Assembly (NCBI GenBank): GCA_964016885.1
Contig: OZ024741.1
Span: forward strand, 185,876,001-185,940,000
Reading direction: 5' to 3'
Length of the DNA: 64,000 nt
Source of the DNA: Eledone cirrhosa
Lineage: Eukaryota
In this document: positions 28,601-41,763 of the stretch, one piece after another
Layout: each line of letters begins with the position of its first letter
Position numbering within the stretch: position 1 is the first letter of the stretch
The notes under the pieces: model-generated
What the model was told of the DNA's origin: nothing
The model's database searches: none
Seen by the model: the letters and a program-made list of their open reading frames with translations, nothing else
Translations under genes and position numbers: made by a program

Positions 28601-28804
28601 TTAGTTACACATGGGGCACGCACGTGTATCCTATTTATATAAGATTATAGTGCGGTAAGGTGTTATATGGAATATAACCACTTTAAGCGGGCAATCAGGT
28701 AATAAGGTAGTAATAAATTACTGTCTTCACTGTTTAGGGTTTAAAATATATATAACTATAAAAGGTTTTAGTATATACATAACCATAAATAGTATCCTTA
28801 ATAC

Positions 28805-28891
<87 letters not shown>

Positions 28892-28940
28892 CTGTGTGTG
28901 TTTGTGTGTATGTATGTATATACATATGCATCAGTAAACG

Positions 28941-28981
<41 letters not shown>

Positions 28982-29656
28982 GTAAACACTTCCATAATTA
29001 CGTAGATCAATAATTTAATTCCCTCAGCACACGGTGCACAAACACAGATGCACGTGAATATACACAACCTTACTCACACAAGATATTTCTTGCATTTACA
29101 GGAAAGTAATCTCAACATTTTAACAATTATAAAATAAACACACACATAATTAACTGAATTGATAAAAACTATTTTTTCTTTTTAAATTAGTATTTAATAG
29201 AAAATATTTTTTAAATAGCAAGATGGTGGAAATCAATTCAATGTTCTCCATACTTTACTAGAATATTATTCAAGGTTATATGCCTCATGTATAGCCTCAG
29301 GTGTGTATAAAATGGTAATGGAAAGTAATTAAGCTGGCTTACTTTAAAAACATTTAGTTTGCTGCAACAGGAAACCGGGTTTCGGTTACCAACAGGGAAG
29401 TTCTTTTACAAGAGAAGAAAACAATATAGCGATAGGCAAGATTCTTTACAATTATATTAGAGAATCCACCATTATACTTCGTATTTAGACGCATTATTCT
29501 AAGTGGGATTTAATGGATACCTCAGAAATACAAAGAAACAGACATATATATATATATATATATATACATGTAAAATACACAGACACGCACACACAACACA
29601 CACACAAACACAAACACACACACTTACATACGCACACACGCACGCGCGCGCACACA

Positions 29657-29745
<89 letters not shown>

Positions 29746-29893
29746 TATATATATATATACAAATATATATATACAAATGTGTGTGATTTTCTGAATATTT
29801 GTATGCCAATAGTATTTGTAATATGAATAAAGAATGAGAATTACACACACGCAAACAGATGCATCGAAACACACACACACACACACACGCACG

Positions 29894-29957
<64 letters not shown>

Positions 29958-29984
29958 TTAACAGCCAGATAGATAGATAGATAT

Positions 29985-31125
29985 GTTTCTTTATTAGCCA
30001 CAGGGGCACAAAAGAAGGGGACAAATAAAAAGGGGGAAGTTTACATACAATAGAAACGTGTAAAATACTATCACAAATACAATTTAAAAGTTAATCGATT
30101 TTCCCCAATAGGGTGAGACATTACATATGGGTAACATACCCCCGAAAAAATGTGCAACCCTCATCTCCAGGAGTACGAAGAGTTTGTACCCCTTTCTTCT
30201 CCTCCTCTTTTTCTTTAACCTACAGGCTGATATAGAGAGAAGGCCCATTCACTCGAGCCATTCTTGCCACTTTCACCCACCTTTCATAAAACTTGCTGGG
30301 GTACAGCACCTCTCTCTCCATCCTGATTCTTCTAAAAAGATCAATTGTTGGCCGGAGAGAAAGGTGTCTGACATCAGCCCTTTCAACCCTGTCCACCATA
30401 CAACCTCTTTCGCCATTTGGCGGTTTGATCATGACAATGGACTCGGTGGTCAACCAGATTGATCCCACCCGCGACAATAGTCGTTTACATAGCCCCACAG
30501 ATCTGTAACGCCCGGGCAGTGTATGAATGCATGCGCGACGGCTTCTTCGTCTCGCACGCACCTCGGACAGATCCTTTTCGAAGGGTCGCTGCTCAGGCGC
30601 CCATGTCTGTAGAGCTTGTCTCGAACTGGTAGAGCTCCTCGGTAGCACTGCCAGGCCAGGGACTTTTGGAAGTTGTCCATCGGTCCCGGGCGGAAGGTCC
30701 TACCGAACAGACTGGCTAGTTCGTCTTCCTCTACGCTTAGAGTTTCACCGAACGCCTTGTCGCATTTGCTGCAGATCAACCCTCTATAGAATGACGAAGT
30801 GGAGTCTCCACTGATCACCGGGTCTGCCTCCCAAGAGGGCTGTGAGCGCCTGAGCACATTCGATGTGCCAGTCGCCCATTTTCCTCGGTCTTTGCTTGAC
30901 CCAGGACTGCAGTTCGGTCAGCGAGACGAGACGCGGGTAGGCTCGCCTCACGAACGGGGCCCACACTGGTTGACCGATGAGGAATACGTAGAGATGCTGA
31001 AGCCCGAGCGCATGTTTGCGCATCATCAGCCACGGCATTCCCAGCCCTCCGTTGGAAGGGTGTTGGCAGCAGATGGATCTTCTCACCAAAGAAGCCCGCC
31101 TCCTCCAAAGGAATTGGAAGATAAG
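29985..31125 (-). mobile_element. L1/Tx1-like LINE 3' fragment
   Basis: GGLGMP, FQKSLAWQCYRGALPVRDKL, CPRC..EEAVAHAFIHC (zf-RVT-type); AATAAA near the 3' end on minus. Confidence 0.85.
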
Positions 31126-31491
31126 TAGGTATATAGATAGATAGATAGATAGATAAATAGATAGTTAAATAGATACATAGTTACTCACAATGGATTTGCA
31201 TAATATGCTTAGATTTATCATTTTTTACATCTGTCGATAAATCAATTAATCAATCACTGAACCAATCAATGAATCACTCTACCTATCTATCTTTCTATTT
31301 ATTTATTTTAATATATAACCATATATCTATCTATCTATGTATTTTATCAATATTTTCTCTGAATACATACATATATAATGGCTGCCCCCTCGTTATCGAG
31401 TATGGCCATTGCACGAGAAAAAAAACCCACATAATAATTGTTTCTACTATTGGCACAAGGCCAGCAAATAACCAGTACATTACTGGTAAAC

Positions 31492-31547
<56 letters not shown>

Positions 31548-31549
<2 letters not shown>

Positions 31550-33157
31550 TAAAATGGAGTTTGGACTAGATAAATGCGCCAAACAACGTTCACCAGAGGA
31601 AAGCTGCTGAAGAGTTCAGACATTAATCTTGATCGGGGGGAACGTGATAAGAGAACTTGATCAAGAAAAAACTTACAAATATCTAGGTGTTTGTGAAGGA
31701 GACGGAATCAAGCACTCGACAATGAGGGAAAGGATAAGGAAGGAATGTTACCGCAGAGTAAGAGCAATCTTAAGAACGGAATTGAATGCAAGGAATAGGA
31801 TCGATGCCATAAACACGCTTGCCATACTAGTAGTAACCTACAGTTACAATGTCATCAACTGGTCAAGCACAGAGATCCGTAGGCTCGATACAAAAATTCG
31901 AAAATTCTTAACCATGCACAGAATGCATCACCCTAAGGCAGATATAGATAGAATATATCTCCCTAGGAAAGAAGGAGGACGTGGGTTAATCCAGTTAGAC
32001 ATTGCGTTGAAAACTGCAACAATTGGATTATCTACATATCTAAGGGAATCACATGATTGGATGATCAAACTCGTTTTGAAACACGAAAGCATCAAAAGAT
32101 CATATTCCATTACAAAAATGCACAAAGATACAGTAATGGACTACAAATTTCAGAAGTCCCATTTACTGCTGAAATGGAAAACACAGAAAAAGCAAAGCAG
32201 GTAAAAGTAACTGCAAAGAAAGAACTGCTACAGAAACTGGCTAAGAAATGGCAAGAAAAGCCTCTGTATGGAAAATACCCAGAGCGAGCTAACAATCCTG
32301 ATGTTGACAAAACTTTAACCCATCAGTGGTTGGCATCCTCTGGACTGAAATCGAAGACTGAAGGACTGATTATATCAGCACAAGATCAGTGTCTGCCAAC
32401 AAAAAATTACCAAGCCAACATAATAAAAAATGGATGCAGCCCATTATGCCGTGTATGCAAAAAACAACCAGAGACCATTGCCCATATAATTTGAATGTGC
32501 AGTCCTATAGCTCCAACCGAATACCTAAACAGGCATGACAGAGCTGCACAATACATACATTGGATAATGTGTAAGCATTTTGATCTGCCCCATCAAAAGA
32601 ATTGGTGGGAGCATCAACCACCTCCCATACTTGAAAAAGATCACATCTCAATCTTGTGGAACTTTAGCATCCAAACAGACCGAAAAATAGATGCAAATAG
32701 ACCTGATATAATATTGAAGGACTTTAAAAAGAGGGTATGCCTGCTAATTGATATGTCTGTTCCAATAGACAAGAATGTATCTATAAAAACATTTGAAAAA
32801 TTGAGCAAGTATAAGGACCTGGAGATAGAAATTGGAAAAATGTGGAAATTGAGAACTAAAACAATACCAGTGGTTGTAGGCGCTCTGGGAATGATACCTA
32901 AGGGGTCTAATGATTACTTATCGCAAATCCCAGGAAACCCACGTATAGGAGAAATACAAAAGATAGTACTAATGGGAACTGCCCATATACTAAGGAAGAT
33001 TCTGTCAATATAAATACATCACAAGTCTAAACACTAAAGATGCATGTGTGAGTATGTATGCTCTTTCTTGAACATGGCGGACCTTGTTGTCTCTTGGGGT
33101 CACTGGTTGTGACTTGGTGATAACTCGTATGAACATAAAGCAAGATAAATGCAACTG
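31548..33157 (+). mobile_element. R4/Dong-like non-LTR element 3' portion (RT C-terminus, CCHC, restriction-like endonuclease) in (TAA)n
   Basis: YKYLG, RIYLPRKEGGRGL, CRVCKKQPETIAHII, YLNRHD, NRPDII..LLIDMSVP..K..KY; (AAT)n on both sides. Confidence 0.9.
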
Positions 33158-33277
33158 TAATAATAATAATAATAACAAAAATAAAAACGACAACAACAAG
33201 AGCAATAATAATATAGATATATATATATATGTATACACTCACGCGCACACACAAACATATCTACACACACACACACG

Positions 33278-36200
33278 TTAGCAATAAACAGCGCTGCGAT
33301 CGAATGTGCCTTTTCAGCCCAGTTTATGAACTAAATGTCTTGCACAAAGTTGGCAACCAAAACATTTACTGGGAATAGCCGACTGTGGTTGGAGTTCATG
33401 TACTTTTGCATGTCGTTTGAGCCCTCCTGCTGATTTAGATTCTCTACCACATGCTGGCAAGCATGATGAGTAGCATCTCCAACAGCAGCCTGGTAGTCAA
33501 ACACTGGTCTTACTTTATGACTGCAAAGATGACTTTTGAGTTCAGCTTTGCTTAGGCAGAGTCTCGCACAGACGTTGCATGTCAGCACCATAGGAGGACC
33601 TTCGCCGTCTGGAAATGCAACAGCAATGCCCTTCCTCACATCTAGCTTTACTTTCTCGTATGCGATTCGAGATGTCCGAAAGGCAACTTTCCCCTCATAT
33701 ACAGTCTTTCTCCATTTATTATGATCAGCAGCAACATTTTCCCATGTATCAACAGAGATGTTAGCGTCTTTCAAAGAAGCTTTCAAGGAATCGTTATACC
33801 TCTGTTTTGGTTTATGAGACGGTAGTTTTCCTTTAACTAACTCTCCATAAAAGAGTTGTTTTGGTATTCTAGAATACTTCATCCTGCCAAGGTGACCACC
33901 CCAACGGAGTCGTTGCTTAAGCACAAGAGCTTCTATACTGTCACACAGAAAGCTTTCCAAAATCTCGACATCACTGCTGTGGTCCCTCCAGTGAACGCCA
34001 TGGATCCGTCTGAGACACATCTGATGGAAACGCTCCAATTGCTTAAGGTGGTGTCGATATGTGACCCAGGTCTCGCAGGCATAAAGAAGAGAAGAGAGCA
34101 CACATGCCTTGTACACCTTTACCTTTGTCATCTTGCATATGTCTCGCCGACTCCAGAGTCGCCTTTCTAGCTTTCCGAAAGCATCACTTGCTTTCCTAAT
34201 CCTGAGTGGGATTTCATTATCAAGGTTGTTGTATCGATTCACAGTGCTTCCCAGGTAGACAAACTGATCAACCACTCCAATTCATTTACCATGCACATAT
34301 ATATTTGGTTCACTGTACTGCTTACCAGGGGCAGGTTGGTACATGGCGACGGTTTTTTTGACACTGACAGTCAATCATAGGGCAGTGCAAGCATCAGAAA
34401 ATGCATTCAAAATGTGCTGCATATTAATCTCTGTGTGCGCTACAAGATCGCAATCATCTGCATACAAGAGGTCTCTTATGATTAATTTAAAAACTTTTTG
34501 TTTTTGCAGCAAAGCGCCTTATGTTAAATATGCTGCCTGAGGTTTGATATCGGATGTAAACACCATGCTCGCAATTCCTGAATGCAATATAGAAAACCAT
34601 TGCAAAGTATATGACAAACAGTGTCGGTGCTGGAATATCCCCCTGTTTCACTCCATTTTTTACTGAAATAGGCTCCGATATGTTACCTCCGACATTAAGC
34701 CAAGCCTTCATGTCGTCATGGAAAGATCTAACTAAAGCAAGGAACTTATCAGGGCAACCAAGTTTCTGGAGAACCTTCCATAATGCATTTCTGTTAAAAG
34801 TATCGAAAGCTTTTGTCAGATCGACCAAGACCTGATACAGATCCAAACTTTGTTCCATACACTTCTGCTGGAGCTGTCTAGCTGAGAAGATAATATAAGT
34901 AGTGCCGCGTCCAGCACGAAAACCAGATTGACTTTCAGGAAGATCACAATCTGCAATGCGTGTCAGCAGACGGTCCAGAAGCACCCTACATAAAACTTCC
35001 CCTACGACAGAAAGCAATTATATACCTCTGTAGTTCCCCCAATCATTCCTGTTACTCTTTCCCTTGTACAAGACCACCATTACTGAATCTTTCCAGTCCT
35101 CAGGTATGGATTCATTAGCCCATTTGAGAAAGACTCCGCCTAACACGTGATTTCACATACTTGAGTTCCTTATGCAACATATTCTTCTCCTGTCGTTTTG
35201 CCATCAAGTAGCGTGACAGAGTGCGCCTCTTATCAGCCAACAAGTCTTCTATATGTTTCATCATTCTCATTAAACCAGTCCTGATGTTTTCTCTCAGAAC
35301 ACGCCTGCCAACATCATAAACCGACTTTTTAAGGGTCGGCCAATCCTCACCAAGATCTGCAACCTGCATCGCTTCTCGCAATGTCCTCTTCATAGTTTTA
35401 TCCCTAAGACGAGCAGCATTCAATCTTCTGGGCAGGGCAACACCAGGAGCTCTGATTTTACGTTTAGGGATTAGTTTCACCTTTGCGCGTACCAGCCGGT
35501 AGTCCGTCCAGCACTCAGCTCCACGAAGACACGAACACACTGCACATCCGGTCTGTCACGCATCCTGACTAGCACTTAGTCCAAAAGATGCCATTCCTTA
35601 GATGCAGGATGCACCATGTAGTCTTGAATTTGTTCTTTTGTTGGAACATGGTGTTGGTAATACACAGATCCAGCTCCTTACACATCTGCAGCAGGAGCAT
35701 ACCATTGTTGTTACACTTTCCCAGCTCATGCCTTCGGATTACATTCCATATGTTAAAATCTCTACCCACTCTAACATTAAAGTCACCAAGCACGATGACT
35801 TTGTCTGCCTGAGGGATATTTCTTAAAACACCTTTCAAGGCATGGTAAAAGGGCACTTTTTCTTCATCGACAGAATTCATAGTTGGAGCATACACACTCA
35901 CCAGGGTCGCATATCTTCCTTTGTCCAGCGGAATTCTCATGGACATAAGACGCTCACTAATCCCTACTGGGAATTCTTTTAATTTATTCACAAGAACAGT
36001 CTTAACATCAAATGCTACCCCAGCCTCTCTTCTGGTTCCTTCATCTCTTCCTTTCCAGAAGAATGTATATTCTCCACAAAATTCTGTAAGATGACCATCT
36101 CCAGCTAACCTTGTCTCAGATAAAGCTACGATGTCAAGATCGTAACGTCGAAGCCCCTTTGCAACAAGAGTGTTCCTTCGTTCAGGATGTCCCAAGGAAT

Positions 36201-36615
36201 CCCTGTCAAGCAGCGTCCGTACGTTCCAGCAGCCAGGACTAAATGCCTTGTTTGAAAAAAAGGACATAGAAACATATATATATAAACAATAAAAATGAAA
36301 ATTGAAAAATAGAAAAATTCCCCAATTAATTAATGCAATCGTGCAATGCCTGTTCGTGAAGAATATTTTTAAAGTGAGGAAAGACTGTGCACTGAGCCAA
36401 TCCCTTTCTCTGAGCGACAGTAACTATAACCCGAAAAGAAGTAAAGATCAACATCATCGGTAACTACTGAGCCGCTGGTTTTTTATCTGGAGTTATCCCA
36501 GTTTCCTGAGTTGCCTTCTCCTAGAAGAATGCCCTGACAAGGGCTAGGGCTTCTTCACTCCCAGTGGTTTAACTGCGCGATCGGGTATCCAGCCTGACTA
36601 TTTCTATGTCCCCGC
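33278..36615 (-). mobile_element. Near full-length degenerate RTE-clade (BovB-like) LINE
   Basis: GCWNVRTL, ALSETR, SVYAPT, LGDFN (APE); PESQSGFR, VDLTKAFD, GVKQG, LLYADD, FVYLGS; C-terminal C2H2-like CNVC..KSHLCSH; frameshifts. Confidence 0.93.
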
Positions 36616-36879
36616 GCATAAAAAAAACTCACTTATTGACACTCATACGTACGACATACACACATACGCACACACACACGCGCACACACATACATACGCG
36701 CGCACATACCAACACTCATGCATACAAACAAACACACCCACACTACTAACTTACACACACACACACACATATATATATATAAATATTACCGTCATTACTG
36801 ATACAAGATTACAAGGTTATGTCAACTGTTGACTTTCGAAAGAGTTCGTATAGTTGAAGCCGTTCGTGTTACCGTTCAT

Positions 36880-37175
36880 TACAGCAAAGAGTTACGGCGC
36901 TTTATGGTCTGAGTTCAAATCCTGCCGAGGTTAACTTTGCCTTTCATCCTTACGGGGTCGAAATAAAGTACCAGTAATGTACTGGTGTATTGCTGACTTG
37001 TGCCAAAAGTAGAAACAATTAGAATTGCTTTACAGCATAAAGCTATGGCCCTCCACACTCCGAGCTCAAATCCCGCCGAGGTCAAAAATGCCTTTCATCC
37101 CCACGGAGTTAACAAAAGAGAGCACCAGTGATGCGCTGGGACAATCGCTGGCTCCGTGCAAAAAGCAGAAAAATT
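36880..37175 (+). mobile_element. Two SINE copies (one diverged)
   Basis: GAGTTCAAATCC..GCCGAGGT..GCCTTTCATCC core occurs twice. Confidence 0.75.
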
Positions 37176-37690
37176 ATTATTATTAAAGTTGTTGTTTTCT
37201 TAGGGCCCGATCGCTGGTGATGGTGATGGCGGCGGTGGAAGGGGTGGTGGCAGTTGATGTTGTTGTGTTGTGTGTGTTTTCTTTTTCTTTCTTTCTTTTT
37301 TGTTTTTTTATTTTGTATCGTTTGATGCCGCTATTGTTGTAAATGTTCATTTCATTCTAAAGCTGTTGTTGCAGTAAACATTAGTGCCGGTGTTGTTGTT
37401 GTTGTAGATGTTGGGGTTGAAATCTGGTCGTTTGACTGAGTGATGTATATACACACCTATACATACATATATATTTATATACACACACACATTCAACACA
37501 GAGTAGACAGTTTGACAACAGGTCAGTGACTTTATTTTACAAGGGTAATGACATGTGTAAATGTAAATGTGATGGTGGGGAGAGAGTGTAGACGTTATTG
37601 TGGTGGTGGGAGGCAGTGAGATGAATCTAGTTCATTTGTCCGTTTTCTTCTTGCAAAATTTGAATTTTAGCCATATTATATTGAGATGTA

Positions 37691-37845
37691 GAGGGTCTGA
37701 CGCCATGCATTGCAGCAAAGATTTACGTCCCTTTATGGTCTGAGTTCAAATCCCGCCGAGGTTAACTTTGTCTTACGGGGTCGATAAAATAAAGTACCAG
37801 TAATGTACTGGTATAACTGCTGGCCTTGTACCAATAGTAGAAACA
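37691..37845 (+). mobile_element. 5'-truncated SINE with 16-bp TSD
   Basis: TSD ATTATATTGAGATGTA at 37675-37690 and 37846-37861. Confidence 0.85.
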
Positions 37846-38050
37846 ATTATATTGAGATGTAAGTAAATGTAAAATGTAAAATATAACTAAGGATTGCTCT
37901 GGCAAAATATACGAAAATATTTGTGTAACTTCCACAAACATCTGTCATGATATTCCCGAGTCCAGTGAGCAAATATTTGTTGTATACAAAAATTAATTAA
38001 AAACTTACCCATGAAAGGACAGCGTGTGTTGTGCTATCTACAAGCTCCTT

Positions 38051-38116
<66 letters not shown>

Positions 38117-38119
<3 letters not shown>

Positions 38120-38306
38120 AACCAGTAAGACCCCGACGGCTGAGCTCAAGCCGTTTCGACGGCTAATTCTGGTTAGAATTAGCCGTCGAAACGGCTTGAG
38201 CTCAGCCGTCGGGGTCTTACTGGTTCCTATTACCCACTCTACTACCCTAAGTATTGAGTACTTTGGTGCGTTATGGTCCACCTGGTTCCTTACCACATTT
38301 CCTTCG

Positions 38307-38308
<2 letters not shown>
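38117..38308 (+). mobile_element. Short copy of HHR family A: perfect ~54-bp fold-back plus tail
   Basis: AGGAACCAG..GGCTAATTCT-GGTT-AGAATTAGCC..CTGGTTCCT, then a tail identical to 8045-8125. Confidence 0.88.
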
Positions 38309-38347
<39 letters not shown>

Positions 38348-38364
38348 CATATATACATATACAT

Positions 38365-38427
<63 letters not shown>

Positions 38428-38431
<4 letters not shown>

Positions 38432-38605
38432 TAAACGGAATAGAAAATGCTGACAAATTGTTCACAGTGAAAAATAGTTTAATTAGGAATAAGTGAGAAT
38501 TAGTAATTGTATTGGTTAGTATTCAGTTTTGGTTTTAAGTTTTACCGGTTGCGCATTTCTAATGCTTTTCAAAAATAATTTTGAGATAGAGCCTCCGTGA
38601 TGTTT
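38428..38605 (-). mobile_element. Solo pseudo-LTR fragment of the Neptune-like PLE (contains variant HHR at ~38540-38575)
   Basis: Matches ~8620-8800 and ~50315-50500. Confidence 0.85.
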
Positions 38606-38645
38606 ATATATATATATAAAGAATTGTTTCGCTCTACATGGCTTA

Positions 38646-38998
38646 ATACAATAAATGTAACCTGAGTTTTTCGAATATTAATCATAACATTCGATTCGTT
38701 TGCAATTATGCAAACAAGCCTCAATTTTATAGCCATGTCAGTAGAAATAGCCTATATCTAGGATATAGCATATATTTTCACTAGCTCTGACAGTTTGGCA
38801 GGTGAATAGTGAGCTGTACTGATGATAGGTGATACCCAGAAACATTAGTGTCTGCAGTTCTGTTCACATGCCAACATAAGAGCAAGAATGAAGGGGACAT
38901 TCCACTGACATGGCTATAAAATTGAGGCTTGTTTGCATAATTGCAAACGAATCGAATGTTATTATTAATTTTCGAAAAACTCAGATTAATTTATTATA
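38646..38998 (+). mobile_element. Non-coding element, family D: ~100-bp inverted repeats enclosing a hammerhead ribozyme
   Basis: 38646-38746 is the reverse complement of 38900-38998. Confidence 0.85.
38795..38874 (+). ncRNA. Type I hammerhead ribozyme, canonical core, extended bulged stem I
   Basis: TTGGCA-G-GTGAATAG-TG-AGCTGTA [CTGATGA] TAGGT-GAT-ACCCA [GAA] ACA-TTAG-TGT [C] TGCAGTT-CTGTTCAC-A-TGCCAA; predicted cut after C38852. Confidence 0.85.
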
Positions 38999-39026
38999 TA
39001 TATATGTGTAATTTATTATATATATA

Positions 39027-39213
39027 GGGCGGTGGATTGGCAGTATCGGTAGAGGGTCGGACGCCATGCTTTCCAGCATAGTTACGTCCCTTTACGATCT
39101 GAGTTCAAATCCCGCCGAGATTGACTTTGCCTTTCCTCCTTACGGGGTCGATAAAATAAAGTACCAGTAATGCACTTGTGAATTGCTGGCCTTGTGCCTA
39201 AAGTAGTAACAAT
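39027..39213 (+). mobile_element. Full-length tRNA-derived SINE
   Basis: GGGCGGTGGATTGGCAGTATCGG..GAGTTCAAATCCCGCC..AAAGTAGTAACAATT. Confidence 0.9.
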
Positions 39214-39244
<31 letters not shown>

Positions 39245-39302
39245 ATTGTGTATATATTTGCATGTGTGTGTGTGGTGTGCGTGTGTGTAAATAAATAAAT
39301 AA

Positions 39303-39339
<37 letters not shown>

Positions 39340-39579
39340 CACCAGGCGCATGCGTGTATTTGCGAAATTTTGTCAACGTGTCATTAGTTATTATGTGAGG
39401 AAGCAGAGCATTAGTGTAATTAACTAATGACATGAAATCTATCTTACATTGCCAATTTAAATATGAATTCTCTCCAACACAAGAGTAGAGATTTACTTTC
39501 TATTCAAAATTGTTGTACTTATTTTTAATTAAATAATATATATACATATGTATATAATTATATATATATATAATATATA

Positions 39580-39623
<44 letters not shown>

Positions 39624-39630
<7 letters not shown>

Positions 39631-40170
39631 TTGGTGCTCTGAAATAGCGATATATATATGAATGTATATATAGTGTATTTTGCAATACACTGTATGCTTA
39701 ATTAAAAGCATTTTGAAGACCTTACGCTATTGTTTTAGAGTAGTGACTGTCTCACTTACTTTAAATTTTCACCAATAGCGTAAGGTCTTCAAAATGCTTT
39801 TAATTAAGCATACAGTGTATTGCAAAATACACTGTATATACATTCATATATATATCGCTATTTCAGAGCACCAATTCTAATTTTTAATTACTGCTTGACC
39901 GGCAACCGCTCTGTATAATCAGTTCCTGATTATTACTAGAATTCTATAAGAATCAAACATTCATGATTTTCGGCAAACAGGTGGAGTACTTGGCTTTGAT
40001 AAGTACCAAATAGTACGAAACAGAACTTTGTCAGCTTTATCTCCCCCTGTTTGCTGAAAATTTAAATTAAGTGAGACTGTCACTACTCTAAAACAATAGC
40101 ATAAGGTCTTCAAAATGCTTTTAATTAAGCATACAGTGTATTGCAAAATACACCTTATATACATTCATCT
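39624..40170 (+). mobile_element. Non-coding element, family E: inverted arm plus ~321-bp unit with direct terminal repeat and HHR
   Basis: 39624-39770 is inverted relative to the rest; 39773-39848 repeats at 40094-40168. Confidence 0.85.
39966..40061 (+). ncRNA. Type I hammerhead ribozyme, U3-A8 core variant, long stem I with internal loop
   Basis: ATTTTCGGCAAACAGGTGGAG-TACTT-GGCT [TTGATAA] GTAC-CAAATA-GTAC [GAA] ACAG-AACT-TTGT [C] AGCT-TTAT-CTCCCCCTGTTTGCTGAAAAT; predicted cut after C40032. Confidence 0.85.
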
Positions 40171-40187
40171 ATCTCACTCTCTGTCTC

Positions 40188-40296
<109 letters not shown>

Positions 40297-41109
40297 ATAT
40301 ATGTGTGTGTATGTACGCATGTATTCATGTATATGTATATTTTAACACCATTTTTCATTATACTGTTGTTTTCCTGTTACTAATCTTCCTCATTTGTGTG
40401 GTTAATGTGTGTATATAGTTAAAGGAACGTCAATATAAATATATAAATGTAGTTTACTCGAACTTTACCTACAACACCAAAGCATGTTATTTACTAAAAC
40501 ATATATCTTATGCATATTAGTGCATATACATATATGTGAGTGCGTGTAGGTATGTATGTATGGATGTTTGAAAGTACGTATCTCATTATGTCTTCAATAT
40601 TTTTTCTATTATATCATATTTTATTGCATATCATATGATATTGTATTACTCTTGTCTACTTCTAGGTTTTTTTATCCGTTATTGTCGCTATATTCAATAA
40701 TTATACGATATTATCCTTACGGAGTCGATAAAATCAAGTACCAGTAATACACTGGGTAAGTGCTGGACTTGTGCCAAAAGTAGAAACAATTATTTTTAAG
40801 TTCTTGTAATTTCGTTATCATCAACATTATATTTTCATGTTTATTTATTCATTTATTATAAGGAAACATGTCTGGTCGCCCTTTGCTACATGCTTTTTAC
40901 CCTAGCTTCTCTCCTTGACGGAACTGCAGTCATGGGTCCAGCAAAGGCCGAAAGGGAGCACTTGGACACTGGAATATCTTCAGGCGCTCATAACCCTCAT
41001 CCAATCGGGACTAACGATTAGTGGAAACTCAACCTTGTTGTTATATAGAGGGTTAGTGGAGGGTAAGAGTGCCGACGACCTTGGCTGACTCTAGGCGTCA
41101 ATGAAAATA

Positions 41110-41580
41110 AACTAGCCAATCCCTTCTGGAAAAGCTTTGGGACGGGGCCCATGGACAATTGCCAGAGATCTCTGGCTTGGCAGTGCTACCGAGGAAATTT
41201 GCCAATTCGGGATAAACTCTACAAGCATGGAAGCGCCGTCAACCCGACCTGCCCACGACGTGGGTAGTGCGACGCAACCGTCCTGCTCGCATTCGTTGAG
41301 TGTTCGATCATTGTTGTCTTGTGGGTTTATATCGAACACCTGCTGTCGCATATAGGGGCAGAACCGCCTACCAGCTGAGTCCATTGTGAAGATTTCGCCG
41401 CCGCCTTCCTTTAGCCGGGAAGGGCAGTCAGTTTTTATCTGCCTGATGGTTGTAGCGAAAGAAGTCGTGTGGTGAACACATTTGAAAGGGCTGAACACGA
41501 GCACTTACATCTTCGGCGAAGCTTGATTAACCTTTTCAAATTTAACTTTCAAATTGGAAAAGGAAACCAGGGTGGAGGGG
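41110..41580 (+). mobile_element. L1/Tx1-like LINE 3' fragment
   Basis: GPMDNCQRSLAWQCYRGNLPIRDKLYKHG..TCPR; homologous to 30300-30700(-). Confidence 0.8.
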
Positions 41581-41585
41581 GAAGT

Positions 41586-41586
41586 A

Positions 41587-41637
<51 letters not shown>

Positions 41638-41644
41638 CAGCAGC

Positions 41645-41703
<59 letters not shown>

Positions 41704-41763
41704 GAGGAGGAGGAGGAGGAGGAGGAGGAGGAGGAGGAGGGGGAGGAGGAGGAGGGGGAGGAG
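41586..41763. repeat. Compound (TAG)n/(GGA)n microsatellite
   Basis: Direct reading. Confidence 0.95.

Noticed and set aside
36440-36620. HDV-like ribozyme in the RTE 5' UTR
   Set aside because: Known for some RTEs, but I could not build the nested double pseudoknot from this sequence.
39027-39120. tRNA gene (A and B boxes)
   Set aside because: Head of a multicopy SINE; no cloverleaf.
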